NCBI GenBank assembly: GCA_965227295.1
Contig: OZ245742.1
Location: 2,592,001 to 2,656,000, forward strand
DNA length: 64,000 nt
Reading direction: 5' to 3'
Origin: Leptonemataceae bacterium
Lineage (GTDB): Bacteria; Spirochaetota; Leptospiria; Leptospirales; Leptonemataceae
The notes under the pieces are model-generated. The model did not search any database, was not told the DNA's origin, and saw only the letters and a list, made by a program, of their open reading frames with translations. Numbering within the stretch: the first letter of the stretch is position 1; every line of letters begins with the position of its first letter. The position numbers were made by a program, and so were the translations under genes. Below are positions 1-9,448 of the stretch, one piece after another.

Positions 1-141
1 CCGAATCGTGGATTAAGTAGCGGCCAGTGTACATTAAGCCTTGTATAGGTACGGCTGATTCCAGCTAACGTACGGAGGTCATGCCGGGGTCCATGGTAAG
101 GCGGACCGGAACGGCGTCCTCGCCGCAAGAAAGGCTTCGGT
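1..141. repeat. Copy 1 (truncated by window edge) of a tandem ~140 bp direct repeat, 330 bp period; putative structured ncRNA
   Basis: Aligns ungapped to 331-471 with 13 mismatches in 141 nt; positions 59-118 are identical. Confidence 0.9.
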
Positions 142-330
142 AACTGAGTCACAAACCAACGTCCGGGTCGATGCGGACGATGTTAGCAAAACGAAATTCC
201 ACAACTCCCGCTCAGCTGTAGCCAAACCCACCCCTTCACCATTGCGCAACCTACCCTGTGTGTCTCACGGCAAACGGGGCGAACCACAGCTCTTGAACGA
301 CCGGAAACGTTTTATTCGTTCGAACACGCC

Positions 331-471
331 CCGAATCGTGGTGTAAGTGGCGGCCAGTGTACATTAAGCCTGGTATGGGTACGGCTGGTTCCAGCTAACG
401 TACGGAGGTCATGCCGGGGTCCATGGTAAGGCGGACCGGAACGGCGTCTTCATTGCAAGAAACGTTGCGGT
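331..471. repeat. Copy 2 of the tandem ~140 bp direct repeat; putative structured ncRNA
   Basis: Direct repeat of 1-141; contains nested stems gagg/cttc, atgccg/cggcgt, ggtcc/ggacc. Confidence 0.9.
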
Positions 472-573
472 GGTTCGCGGGAGCACCCGGGTCACCCGGC
501 CCACGCTCACATAAATCGAACAAATCTCCGCTATCCGCGGTCCAATCGAGGCAATTCACCGGAGGTTTATCTC

Positions 574-2274
574 ATGCAATCCAATCACTCCGCGCGGCCG
601 TCGATCCTGGCAGGTTCCGCGCTCCTGATCCTTGCGATCTTTGCGGCGTGCAATACCGCGGATCGCAGCGGCGCTGCCGAAACCCGCCGCGATCCCACGA
701 CGGTCATTCCGTCCCGGTCCGAGCGCGCAGAATACTTTCACGGCGACGGAGTTACGCCGCAATCTGAATATGAGGCCCCCGAACCCGCGCGCAAACAAAA
801 CGTCCAGGACGGCCAGGCCGTACCGCCCACGGGTAGTGACGAAGGCGCCCTGCCGTTCAACACCGAGACTTACGATCGTATCTACGAAAACGACTTCCTG
901 GGCGTACACCAGAATCCGCTCAGCACGTTTTCCATCGACGTCGACACCGCGAGCTACAGCATCACCCGGCGTTTTCTGAATCAGGGCAGCACCCCGCCGC
1001 CGGATGCCGTACGCATCGAAGAACTCATCAACTACTTCAACTACGACTACGCCGGCCCGCAGGGCGACGCCGATCCGTTCGCCGTGCACACCGAGGTTTC
1101 GGCCGCGCCCTGGAATCCGGAGCATCGTCTGTTGCACGTCGGCATCCAGGCGAAGCGTTTTGAACAAAAGGATCTGCCGCCGCGAAACCTGGTCTTCCTG
1201 CTCGATGTCTCGGGGTCCATGGATGCGTCGAACAAACTGCCGTTGCTCAAACGTTCCCTGCGCCTGCTGACGGAGCAGATGAGCGAAAAAGATCGGGTGG
1301 CCATCGTGGTCTATGCGGGCGCGAGCGGGGTGGTACTTGAACCCACGCGCGGCGATCAGCAAGAGAAGATCATGGACGCGTTCGAGAAACTTTCGGCCGG
1401 CGGATCCACGAACGGCGGCGAAGGCATTGAGCTGGCGTACAAACTGGCTCGCGCTAACTTTCACCACGAGGGCATTAACCGTGTGATCCTGGCCACCGAC
1501 GGCGACTTCAACGTCGGCACCACGAATCAGGGCGATCTCATTCGGTTGATCGAAAAGGAACGCGAGAGCGGCGTTTTTTTAACGGTGCTCGGCTTCGGCA
1601 TGGGCAATTACAAGGACAGCACCATGGAAAAGCTCGCCGACAAGGGCAACGGTAACTACGCCTACATCGACACCGTTGCCGAAGCGCGGAAGACCCTCGT
1701 AAACGAAGCCGGCGGCACACTCATTCCCGTGGCGAAAGACGTGAAGCTGCAGCTGGAATTCAACCCGCGCACCGTCGCGGCCTACCGATTGATCGGTTAC
1801 GAAAACCGCCTGCTGCGCGCCGAGGATTTCAACGATGATAAGAAAGACGCCGGCGAGATCGGCGCCGGCCACAGTGTAACGGCTCTCTACGAAATCGTTC
1901 CGGCCGGCAAAGAGGTGCCCACGGGCACGGTGGACCCGCTGAAGTACCAGACCACCGGCGATGCCACCGACGCCGCGAACTCGAACGAGCTTCTGACCGT
2001 GAAGATCCGCTACAAACAACCGCAGGGCAGCACGAGTAAGTTGCTGAGCTTCGCCGTAAGTGACGGTGAAAAAAAATTAGAGGAGACTTCGGATAACTAT
2101 CGCTTCAGCGCGGCGGTGGCGGCCTACGGCATGTTGCTCCGGGACTCGAAGCATCGCGGGGGAGCCGACTACGATCTGGTGCGCAAGCTCGCCCAGGGCA
2201 GTCTGGGCGAGGACCCGCACGGATACCGGGCCGAGTTCTTACGCCTGGCAGCCATGGCGAAAGACATGCGCTGA
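574..2274 (+). CDS. VWA-domain lipoprotein, YfbK-like (vWF_A N-term + VWA + DUF3520-like C-term)
   Basis: Lipobox FAAC; STFSIDVDTASY; MIDAS motif DVSGS; ILATDGDFNVG; YRLIGYENR; GGAGG RBS upstream. Confidence 0.92.
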   Translation: MQSNHSARPSILAGSALLILAIFAACNTADRSGAAETRRDPTTVIPSRSERAEYFHGDGVTPQSEYEAPEPARKQNVQDGQAVPPTGSDEGALPFNTETYDRIYENDFLGVHQNPLSTFSIDVDTASYSITRRFLNQGSTPPPDAVRIEELINYFNYDYAGPQGDADPFAVHTEVSAAPWNPEHRLLHVGIQAKRFEQKDLPPRNLVFLLDVSGSMDASNKLPLLKRSLRLLTEQMSEKDRVAIVVYAGASGVVLEPTRGDQQEKIMDAFEKLSAGGSTNGGEGIELAYKLARANFHHEGINRVILATDGDFNVGTTNQGDLIRLIEKERESGVFLTVLGFGMGNYKDSTMEKLADKGNGNYAYIDTVAEARKTLVNEAGGTLIPVAKDVKLQLEFNPRTVAAYRLIGYENRLLRAEDFNDDKKDAGEIGAGHSVTALYEIVPAGKEVPTGTVDPLKYQTTGDATDAANSNELLTVKIRYKQPQGSTSKLLSFAVSDGEKKLEETSDNYRFSAAVAAYGMLLRDSKHRGGADYDLVRKLAQGSLGEDPHGYRAEFLRLAAMAKDMR

Positions 2275-2294
2275 ACTCTCCCGGACAGTCGTCC

Positions 2295-2324
2295 GAAAAA
2301 GCCCCGGTTCGCCGGGGCCTTTTC
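2295..2324 (+). terminator. Rho-independent terminator, possibly bidirectional
   Basis: gaaaaa-gccccgg-ttcg-ccggggc-cttttc hairpin ~20 nt after the VWA stop. Confidence 0.8.
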
Positions 2325-2329
2325 GTGGT

Positions 2330-2361
2330 TTTAAATTGACCGGTGAGTCGGTCAATTTAAA
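2330..2361. promoter_or_regulatory. Probable TetR operator palindrome overlapping the promoter
   Basis: Perfect 13-bp inverted repeat tttaaattgaccg-N6-cggtcaatttaaa containing TTGACC (-35-like), directly upstream of the tetR gene. Confidence 0.8.
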
Positions 2362-2382
2362 GTGAACGCAGCGAGGGAGCCG

Positions 2383-2988
2383 TTGCCGAAAATCGTCGAT
2401 AAAGAAGCCCGCCGCCGGGATTTCGCCCGGGCCGCACTGCTTGAGTTTCAGCAGCGCGGTTATCCGGAAACGAAGATCGAAGACATTGCTGCCCGGGCCG
2501 GAGCGGGCAAGGGGACGGTCTATGAGTACTTTCGCGACGGCAAGCGCGAGATCGTGCTGTACCTGTTCGAAGACTTCTTTGCCCGGGCCGTGGACGGAGC
2601 CCGCAACGCTCCGATCTTCGCCGACGATCCGGCCGAAGATTGCGTGGCCCTGCTCATGAGTCTTGCCAGGCCGCCGGCGGAACTGTTGCCGCTGATCCCG
2701 GTGTACTTCGAGATCTGGGCATCCCGCCGGCCCGGCAGCGCCCTCGGTCTCGACAAACGCATGGCCGGCGTCTTCGACGAACTGGCAGCCTTTGTGGCGC
2801 AGCGCCTCGGACGACGCCACGGCCCCGGCGGCCGTCCCCGGGCGGCGGATCGCAGTTTCGCCCGCATGATCGTCGCCTGCATCGACGGCATGATTCTGCA
2901 CCGGGCGATCTTTCACCGGGATCAGGATGTGTATAGTAAGGAACTACGCGGTTTCGAAGCGATGCTGCGCGCCTGGCTGGGCCTTTAG
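2383..2988 (+). CDS. TetR/AcrR family transcriptional regulator
   Basis: HTH IEDIAARAGAGKGTVYEYF; probable TTG start (MPKIVDK) after GGGAG; ORF track start is 2362. Confidence 0.9.
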   Translation: MPKIVDKEARRRDFARAALLEFQQRGYPETKIEDIAARAGAGKGTVYEYFRDGKREIVLYLFEDFFARAVDGARNAPIFADDPAEDCVALLMSLARPPAELLPLIPVYFEIWASRRPGSALGLDKRMAGVFDELAAFVAQRLGRRHGPGGRPRAADRSFARMIVACIDGMILHRAIFHRDQDVYSKELRGFEAMLRAWLGL

Positions 2989-3009
2989 TATCTACTCAAG
3001 GAATGTTAC

Positions 3010-3948
3010 ATGAGCACACGTAGAACGGAAAGCGAAGAGAACGATGCGCGCCGCATCCTGGTGGCCGGCGGCACCGGTTATCTGGGGCGGTACGTCCTGG
3101 CCGAGGCCCGGCGTCGCGGATGGTTCGTGCGCGCCCTGGTCCGGCCCGGCAAGAGCGAACAACTGAAAGACCTCGATGTCGACGAGATCGTTGAGGCCGA
3201 AGTGACCCGACCGGAAAGCCTGAAGGGAATTTGCAACGGCATGGACTGTGTGTTTTCATCGGTAGGTATCACGCGTCAGAAGGACGGACTGCGTTACATG
3301 GACGTGGACTACGGCGCGAACCGGAACCTGCTCGACGCTGCGATCCTGGCCGGGGTTCGGCGCTTTGTCTATGTTTCCGTGGCCATCAGCGAAGCCGTGC
3401 GTGAACTGCGCATTATTCAGGCGAAAGAGCGCTTTGTCCGCGAGTTGAATCACAGCAGCATCGACTCGGCGGTGATTCGCCCCTCGGGTTTCTTTTCGGA
3501 TATGAAGGACATCCTGGATATGGCACGCGGCGGGCGGGTCTATCTTTTCGGTGACGGTTCGGCCCGGGTGAATCCCATCCACGGCGCCGACCTGGCCGAG
3601 GTCTGTCTGGACGCCTGCGAGCCGCATAAACATGTCATGGGGGCGGCTCTACCCGTGCACGAAGAGATTCCGGTAGGCGGTCCGCAGGTGCTGTCGCAAA
3701 ACGAAATCGCCGCCGCCGCGTTTCATGCCCTGCGCCTGGACCAGGGTTCGTCGGCGGGGCGGGTGACGCATCTGCCGGCCTGGAGTGCTGCGGCGATGGT
3801 GGCGGTACTCAAACGACTGCCCGAGCGGCTGGCGGGGGCCCTCGAGTTTATCCTGGCCGCCATGACGGCGGACCTGGTGGTGCCGGCCTACGGAAAGCGG
3901 AAGCTCGCGGATTTTTACGGCGAGCAGGCTCAGCCCTTCAACTGTTGA
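3010..3948 (+). CDS. NAD(P)-binding atypical SDR/NmrA-like oxidoreductase
   Basis: ILVAGGTGYLG Rossmann motif; VIRPSGFF; NPIHGADLA; operon with tetR. Confidence 0.88.
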   Translation: MSTRRTESEENDARRILVAGGTGYLGRYVLAEARRRGWFVRALVRPGKSEQLKDLDVDEIVEAEVTRPESLKGICNGMDCVFSSVGITRQKDGLRYMDVDYGANRNLLDAAILAGVRRFVYVSVAISEAVRELRIIQAKERFVRELNHSSIDSAVIRPSGFFSDMKDILDMARGGRVYLFGDGSARVNPIHGADLAEVCLDACEPHKHVMGAALPVHEEIPVGGPQVLSQNEIAAAAFHALRLDQGSSAGRVTHLPAWSAAAMVAVLKRLPERLAGALEFILAAMTADLVVPAYGKRKLADFYGEQAQPFNC

Positions 3949-4268
3949 ATGGCCTCTTCTTCGGTTTCGCAGACTTCGAAGAAGCCGTCCAGTTTCGTGA
4001 GTTGCAGCACGTCCCGCACGATGTCATTGATTTCCACCAGGCGGAAGCCGTAACCGTTCTTCTCTAATTCTTTGCGAATGGAGATCAGCGCGCCCAGGCA
4101 GGAGGAGTCGATGTACTGAATGGCGGACATGTTCAGGATCATGCTCTTGTTCTCCCCGAACAGGCCTTCCAGAACCTTCTTGAGCTTCGGCGTTTCAGTA
4201 ATGCCCACCCGGCCCTTGATTTCGACGATCAGCACGTCGCCCTTGCGTTTGACTTTCGTATCTACCAT
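3930..4268 (-). CDS. STAS-domain anti-sigma factor antagonist
   Basis: 112 aa; LNMSAIQYIDSSCLGAL phospho-Ser motif; convergent 19-nt overlap with the SDR gene. Confidence 0.9.
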   Translation of the reverse strand: MVDTKVKRKGDVLIVEIKGRVGITETPKLKKVLEGLFGENKSMILNMSAIQYIDSSCLGALISIRKELEKNGYGFRLVEINDIVRDVLQLTKLDGFFEVCETEEEAIQQLKG

Positions 4269-4313
4269 AATCGCTGCGCTTCTTGCTGAAGAATCGCGCG
4301 GCGTGTTCTGCGG

Positions 4314-5189
4314 TCAAGCCGATGTTGGGGCACGCAGGTCTTCGAGAAAGGCTCCCGTTTGCATGGCCAGCTCCCCGGGCTGCTCCTCCGGGACGAAGTG
4401 GCCGGAGTCCACCCGTACCATCCGTACGTCCTGGAAACATTCCTCAAAGCCGTGGAAGTACTCGGGAATGATCGTGTTGTCCTTCTCCCCGTAGACGATG
4501 AGCGTGCGGACCGGGTTCCGCATGCCGGCGAACTTGCGCCAGCGCTTCGTATCGAAGGGGAGGGTACGATAATAATTGGCCGCCGTTTCCGGGGTATGCG
4601 GGCGGGAGTAGTCTTCGATGTAGGCCTGGACGTGGTCCTCGGGGATCGGCCGGGAGGTCTTCGAAGTGACGAGGAAGGTCTTGAGCCAGACGTCCTCGCG
4701 CCCGGTGATCAGGCCCTCGGCCAGGCCGGGGACCTGCTGAAAGGTCTGGTACCAGCTCATGTCCATGCGGCTTTCGAACATGGCTCGCCGGGCGTGCTCG
4801 TAGCCGGTCCAGTTGTTGATGATGGGAATGTTCGAAAGAACCAGGCGCCGCACCCGTTCCGGCACCAGGAAACACAGCTCCTGGGCCACGGTGCCGCCCC
4901 AGTCGTGGCCGGCCAGGGCGAAGTCGGCGTCGCCCAGCTCAAGCGTGCTCAGGATTTCCAGGATATCCCGGGCCAGTTCCTGTTTGCGGTACAGCTTCCA
5001 GTTGCGCGTGCGTTCGCTTTTGCCGAGCCCGCGCAGGTCCGGCCGGATGCAGCGCAGGCCCGGGCCCAACTGCGCAACAACATCTTCCCAGCATAACGAC
5101 GACTCCGGCCAGCCGTGCAACAACACGAGCGGAAAGCCGGAACCCGAGTCCCGCACAAAGAATGTCCCGCGGCCGGTGTGAAGATCCAT
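4314..5189 (-). CDS. Alpha/beta hydrolase, epoxide hydrolase/haloacetate dehalogenase family
   Basis: LLHGWPE, PDLRGLG, GHDWGG nucleophile Asp, GHFVPEE. Confidence 0.9.
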   Translation of the reverse strand: MDLHTGRGTFFVRDSGSGFPLVLLHGWPESSLCWEDVVAQLGPGLRCIRPDLRGLGKSERTRNWKLYRKQELARDILEILSTLELGDADFALAGHDWGGTVAQELCFLVPERVRRLVLSNIPIINNWTGYEHARRAMFESRMDMSWYQTFQQVPGLAEGLITGREDVWLKTFLVTSKTSRPIPEDHVQAYIEDYSRPHTPETAANYYRTLPFDTKRWRKFAGMRNPVRTLIVYGEKDNTIIPEYFHGFEECFQDVRMVRVDSGHFVPEEQPGELAMQTGAFLEDLRAPTSA

Positions 5190-5291
5190 GAACGTCCCGG
5201 GAGAAAGAGGAGGGAATCTTAAGAATCAGCAAGAATTTTTTAACCGGAAAAAATCCTCCATTTTCCCTGGCCCGAGCCTGCGGGTCCGGTC

Positions 5292-5869
5292 TTACATGCC
5301 GTGCTCTTGCAACTTAAGCAGGGCCGCGGCCGCCGCTTTCCCGGAGAGCGCGGCGCCTTCCACTCGTGCTTCGCCGAAAGCGTCCCCGGTAAAAACGAGG
5401 CTCCCCGCGTCCTGTCCCGCACCGGCCTGCGCGACGAAGCAACGCTCCGGGTGGAGCAGCGCCGGCCGGCTGTACCGCCAGCGATGGACCTGGAAATCGC
5501 TGGCGGTTAAGTGGATCTTACCGGCATCTAAGAGCTGAAGACTCCGGGGAACAGGCGGTGTGAGCAGCAGCGTTTTGCCGGTGTGGATGTCGCCGGTTTC
5601 AGTGATTGCTTCCCGGTGATTCTGTTCGTGCCGCACGAGGCGCACACGGCAATGACAGCGCACGTCGAGTCCGTCGGCCAGATGCAGGGCGATGTGATGC
5701 ATGCCTGATTTTCCGCGATAGCGCTGATGTCCGTCCTGGCCGGGTTCCCGCGGAACGGTGGTAAAAGGTGTCCTCGCTCGAGCAGCAGGGTCGAGCGCCC
5801 CCGGTGTCGGAGTTCGTTCACCGCGATCAAGCCTGCGACACCGGCTCCGATAATCAGGACATCCACCAT
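5292..5869 (-). pseudogene. Degraded renalase-like NAD(P)/FAD oxidoreductase
   Basis: N-term VLIIGAGVAGL in one frame; LTPPVP, HRWRYSRP and GDAFGEARVEGAALSG in another; total ~190 codons, much shorter than the family. Confidence 0.7.
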
Positions 5870-5982
5870 TTCGTTGTCACAGTTTCATCGATTCCCTGTT
5901 GGAACGATAAAATTTCTGTTGGAAGTGCGGCGGAGTACTTGCCGGATTGCGCATCGCGTATTTTGATAAAAAGCGTCCAATC

Positions 5983-7134
5983 ATGAAAGAACCGCCGATT
6001 CCTGAAACCGAAAACCAACGCGTGGCCGCGCTGCAGCGCTACGACATCCTTGATTCAGAATCCGAACAGGTCTTCGATGAACTCACTGAACTCGCTTCAA
6101 AAATCTGCGACGCGCCCATCGGTCTCATCTCTTTGATCGACTCCGGCCGACAGTGGTTTAAGGCGAACGTCGGTCTCGACGGTGCCACCGAAACACCGCG
6201 GGAGCAGGCCTTCTGCGCGCACGCCATCAATGAAGACGAAACGTTCATTGTACCCGACGCCACGCAGGACGATCGTTTTTCGGACAACCCTCTGGTTACG
6301 GGAAGCCCGGACATTCGCTTCTATGCTGGTCAGCAGTTGACCACGTCGGACGGTCACAACATCGGCACGTTGTGCGTGATCGACAAAAAGCCGCGGGATC
6401 TGGACGACTTTCAAAAAGAAGCGTTGCGCATTCTCGGGGCGCAGGTCATGTCGCAAATCGAACTCCGGCGCAACTTAAAAGAGATGTCCATCATCAATCG
6501 CCGGGCCCTGGCCCTGGAAACGATTCTGCGGCGTTATACATCGAAGAGCATCTGGGAGCGCGCCGACATCAGCGTCACCCTGGGCGAAGTGGACCTGGAA
6601 GATGAAAAACTCGATTCCGCCGTCATGTTCATCGACGTGGTGTCGTTTACGAGTTTCGCCGAGGGGAACGACGCCGACGAGGTCATCGGCGTGTTGAACA
6701 TTTACTTCGATCCCATTGTCGAGATCACCGTCAACCACGGCGGCGACGTCGATAAGTTCGTCGGCGATCAGGTGTTCTGTGTCTTTCCCGACGCCGACCA
6801 GGCCGTGAAGGCCGCCCTGGAAATCCGGCGTCGCGTTCGCAATCTGAACGATCGCCGCAAGGCCTTCGGTGAGCACTGCTTTGAAGTGCGCACCGGTACG
6901 AACTACGGCCCGGTAATTCGCGGCTCCGTCGGCGCCGAGATGCGCCGGGATAACACACTCATCGGCGATACCGTAAACACGGCGGCCCGCCTGGAGAAGG
7001 CCTGCGAACCGGGGAACGTTCTCATCGCGGACAACCTTTACCGGGCCTGCAAAAATCCGCCGCCGCTCGCGCGCACGTTGCGGTTTCAGGTTCGGGGCAA
7101 AGAAGAGATCATAAAAGCTCACTACCCGCAGTGA
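5983..7134 (+). CDS. GAF domain + class III adenylate cyclase
   Basis: LQRYDILD, RQWFKA, DNPLV, IRFYAG (GAF); FIDVVSFT, DKFVGD, GDTVNTAARLE (cyclase). Confidence 0.92.
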   Translation: MKEPPIPETENQRVAALQRYDILDSESEQVFDELTELASKICDAPIGLISLIDSGRQWFKANVGLDGATETPREQAFCAHAINEDETFIVPDATQDDRFSDNPLVTGSPDIRFYAGQQLTTSDGHNIGTLCVIDKKPRDLDDFQKEALRILGAQVMSQIELRRNLKEMSIINRRALALETILRRYTSKSIWERADISVTLGEVDLEDEKLDSAVMFIDVVSFTSFAEGNDADEVIGVLNIYFDPIVEITVNHGGDVDKFVGDQVFCVFPDADQAVKAALEIRRRVRNLNDRRKAFGEHCFEVRTGTNYGPVIRGSVGAEMRRDNTLIGDTVNTAARLEKACEPGNVLIADNLYRACKNPPPLARTLRFQVRGKEEIIKAHYPQ

Positions 7135-7186
7135 AAAGCTTTCACTTGACGGCTTGATCCGGGCTGTATCAAATTCTGCGATTGTT

Positions 7187-8896
7187 ATGCGTTCTGCTGA
7201 TTTTCCCCCCGACGAACCCGAACGCCTGGAGCGACTCAAGTCGTACGATATCCTCGATACGCCGCCGGAAAAGGCCTTCGACGACGTTGTGGATCTTGCC
7301 GCGCACATTTGCGAGGTGCCCATCGCGCTGGTCTCCATCGTGGACCACAGTCGGCAGTGGTTCAAGGCGCGCCGCGGTCTGGATGTTTCCGAAACGGATC
7401 GAGACATTGCGTTTTGTCCGCACGCCATGCTGCAACGCGAAGGCGTTTTTGAGATCAGCGACGCGTTTCTGGACGATCGTTTCTCCGACAATCCCCTGGT
7501 AAGCGGCGATCCGAACATTCGTTTCTACGCCGGCGCGCCCCTGGTTTCGCCGGACGGCCATGCCCTGGGCACGGTGTGCGTCATCGACCGGCGGAGCCGC
7601 AAGCTCAGCGATAAACAAAAGGAACTGCTGCAAAAACTTTCGCGCCAGGTCGTGGCCCAACTGGAACTCCGGCGACACATTACGGCGGAAGCAACCATCA
7701 AAGAAGAACTGCGCCGATCCCGGGACGAAGCTCAAGCGGCGAGCCGGGCGAAGTCCGAATTCCTGGCCACCATGTCCCACGAGATTCGGACGCCCCTCAA
7801 TGCGGTCCTGGGCGTCGCGGATCTGCTGCGCGACAGCGGATTAAGTGATGAACAAATTAAGTTAGTAAACTTGCTTCAGCGTTCCGGTGAACACTTGCTG
7901 GAATTGATCAACGACGTGCTGGATATGACGCGCATCGAAGCGGGGCACGTGGAAAGATTGCGCCGGGACTTCGATCCGGCGGATCTCGTTCGCCGGGCGG
8001 CCGAGATTTACGAAATGCGCGCCCGGGAGGCCGGGCTGGATTTCTTCTGCACGGTGGGAGACAATGTGCCGGCGACGGTGTCCGGCGATCCCGGTCGGTT
8101 GCGCCAGGTGCTCATCAATCTCGTCGGCAATGCCATTAAGTTTACGAAGCACGGCGAGGTGCGCGTGGAACTGACGCTGGAACCGGGCAAGCCGGATCAG
8201 CTCATGTTTTCCGTTCGCGATACAGGGCCGGGCGTGAGCGAGGAGTTTCGCAAGAGCATCTTCGAGCCCTTTACCCGCGCCGATACCTCCAGCACGCGTT
8301 CCACACCGGGTACCGGTCTGGGGCTCGCCATCTCCCGGCGATTGGTGGAGTTGATGGGCGGGCGCGTCGACCTGGAGAGTCGAGAAGGAGCAGGTTCGCA
8401 TTTTTATTTTCGCGTACCGGCCCTGGAAGCCCTGGGCATACCGGCAAGCGTCGACAGCGAACGCGTGCCGAAAACGGAAGATGGGTCGCGGAATGTTCTC
8501 GAGGTCCTTGTGGTGGACGATAACCCGGACAACCTGATGCTCCTGGAAGCGTACTTGAAAGGCACGCGACACCGTTGCACCTACGTCTCCAATGCCGGAG
8601 AAGCCATCCGTGTGTTCGAGGACAAAGTAAACACCGGTACCTTCGACGTGGTGTTTATGGATATCCAGATGAGCGGCATGGACGGCCTGGACGCGACCCG
8701 GGAACTGCGACGCATTGAAGCGCAGCAATTGCTACAGGGCGGCGATCCCGGCGCGCGATCACACATCTTTGCGCTCACCGCCCACGCGTTCCGCGAGGAT
8801 ATTGAGCGCAGCCTGGAAGCCGGTTGCGATGCGCACATTACCAAACCGATTTCCCGTAACGACCTGTTGGACGCTCTGCGTTCCGCGGGTGGCTGA
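7187..8896 (+). CDS. Hybrid sensor histidine kinase (GAF-HisKA-HATPase-REC)
   Basis: MSHEIRTPLN, NLVGNAIKFT, DTGPG, GTGLGLAI, VFMDIQM, KPI. Confidence 0.95.
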   Translation: MRSADFPPDEPERLERLKSYDILDTPPEKAFDDVVDLAAHICEVPIALVSIVDHSRQWFKARRGLDVSETDRDIAFCPHAMLQREGVFEISDAFLDDRFSDNPLVSGDPNIRFYAGAPLVSPDGHALGTVCVIDRRSRKLSDKQKELLQKLSRQVVAQLELRRHITAEATIKEELRRSRDEAQAASRAKSEFLATMSHEIRTPLNAVLGVADLLRDSGLSDEQIKLVNLLQRSGEHLLELINDVLDMTRIEAGHVERLRRDFDPADLVRRAAEIYEMRAREAGLDFFCTVGDNVPATVSGDPGRLRQVLINLVGNAIKFTKHGEVRVELTLEPGKPDQLMFSVRDTGPGVSEEFRKSIFEPFTRADTSSTRSTPGTGLGLAISRRLVELMGGRVDLESREGAGSHFYFRVPALEALGIPASVDSERVPKTEDGSRNVLEVLVVDDNPDNLMLLEAYLKGTRHRCTYVSNAGEAIRVFEDKVNTGTFDVVFMDIQMSGMDGLDATRELRRIEAQQLLQGGDPGARSHIFALTAHAFREDIERSLEAGCDAHITKPISRNDLLDALRSAGG

Positions 8897-9063
8897 GTCC
8901 TACGACAGAAGGGGTTCAGGCTCGTTCGGGAAGGTTTCCCCGAATTAGTAAACTTTCTTAAATAATGCTTGCACGTCTGAATATATGTTCCAGCATATCA
9001 AACGTTCCGGAGGCCGTTGCCGAGGGAATTACAATACAATCGAAATCATCACTACTCAGTGTG

Positions 9064-9438
9064 ATGAGTCGAAGGGAAGCAGTGTTGCAAGTTTTGGATC
9101 CAGTAGAAACCATTCACGCCGAAGATCACAGTCGCGTAGTTTTTTATGCGGCGCGCCTGGATCCTGCCAACAGTAACATCCTGGACCGGGAGCTGCGCAA
9201 CGCCCTGAAAGAGGGGCCGGCGCATTTGATCCTGGACATGGGCCGGGTGGCATACGCGGTCTCGCCGGCGGTGAACGTCATCCTCGAAGCCCACGAACGT
9301 TGCCGGCAGAACGGTCTGCATCTGGTGCTCATTCATCTTCAGCCGCCGGTGCGGCGTATTCTCAACCTTTCGGGATTGTCTTCCGTGTTGAGCGTGCGAG
9401 AGAATCTGGAAGAAGCGCTGCAGCTGATTCGCGCCTGA
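9064..9438 (+). CDS. STAS-domain protein
   Basis: RLDPANS, LILDMGRVAYAVS, VRRILNLSGL pattern; start uncertain (ORF open from 8965). Confidence 0.8.
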   Translation: MSRREAVLQVLDPVETIHAEDHSRVVFYAARLDPANSNILDRELRNALKEGPAHLILDMGRVAYAVSPAVNVILEAHERCRQNGLHLVLIHLQPPVRRILNLSGLSSVLSVRENLEEALQLIRA

Positions 9439-9448
9439 GGTTCATTAA

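Noticed and set aside
1..471. DGR template/variable repeat pair
   Set aside because: Differences are not adenine-specific on either strand (T/G, C/T, G/C changes), neither copy lies in a credible CDS 3' end, and no RT is in the window
1..471. CRISPR array, pistol ribozyme or c-di-AMP/c-di-GMP riboswitch
   Set aside because: Repeat far too long for CRISPR; only short superficial matches (cgtgg..ggcca..ttaagcc, cagctaac, ggcaaac) without the required pairings
556..1467. Long antisense ORFs (also 6475-7518, 28288-29256, 38407-39618, 40895-41914, 59533-60528)
   Set aside because: Mirror frames of well-supported genes in GC-rich DNA
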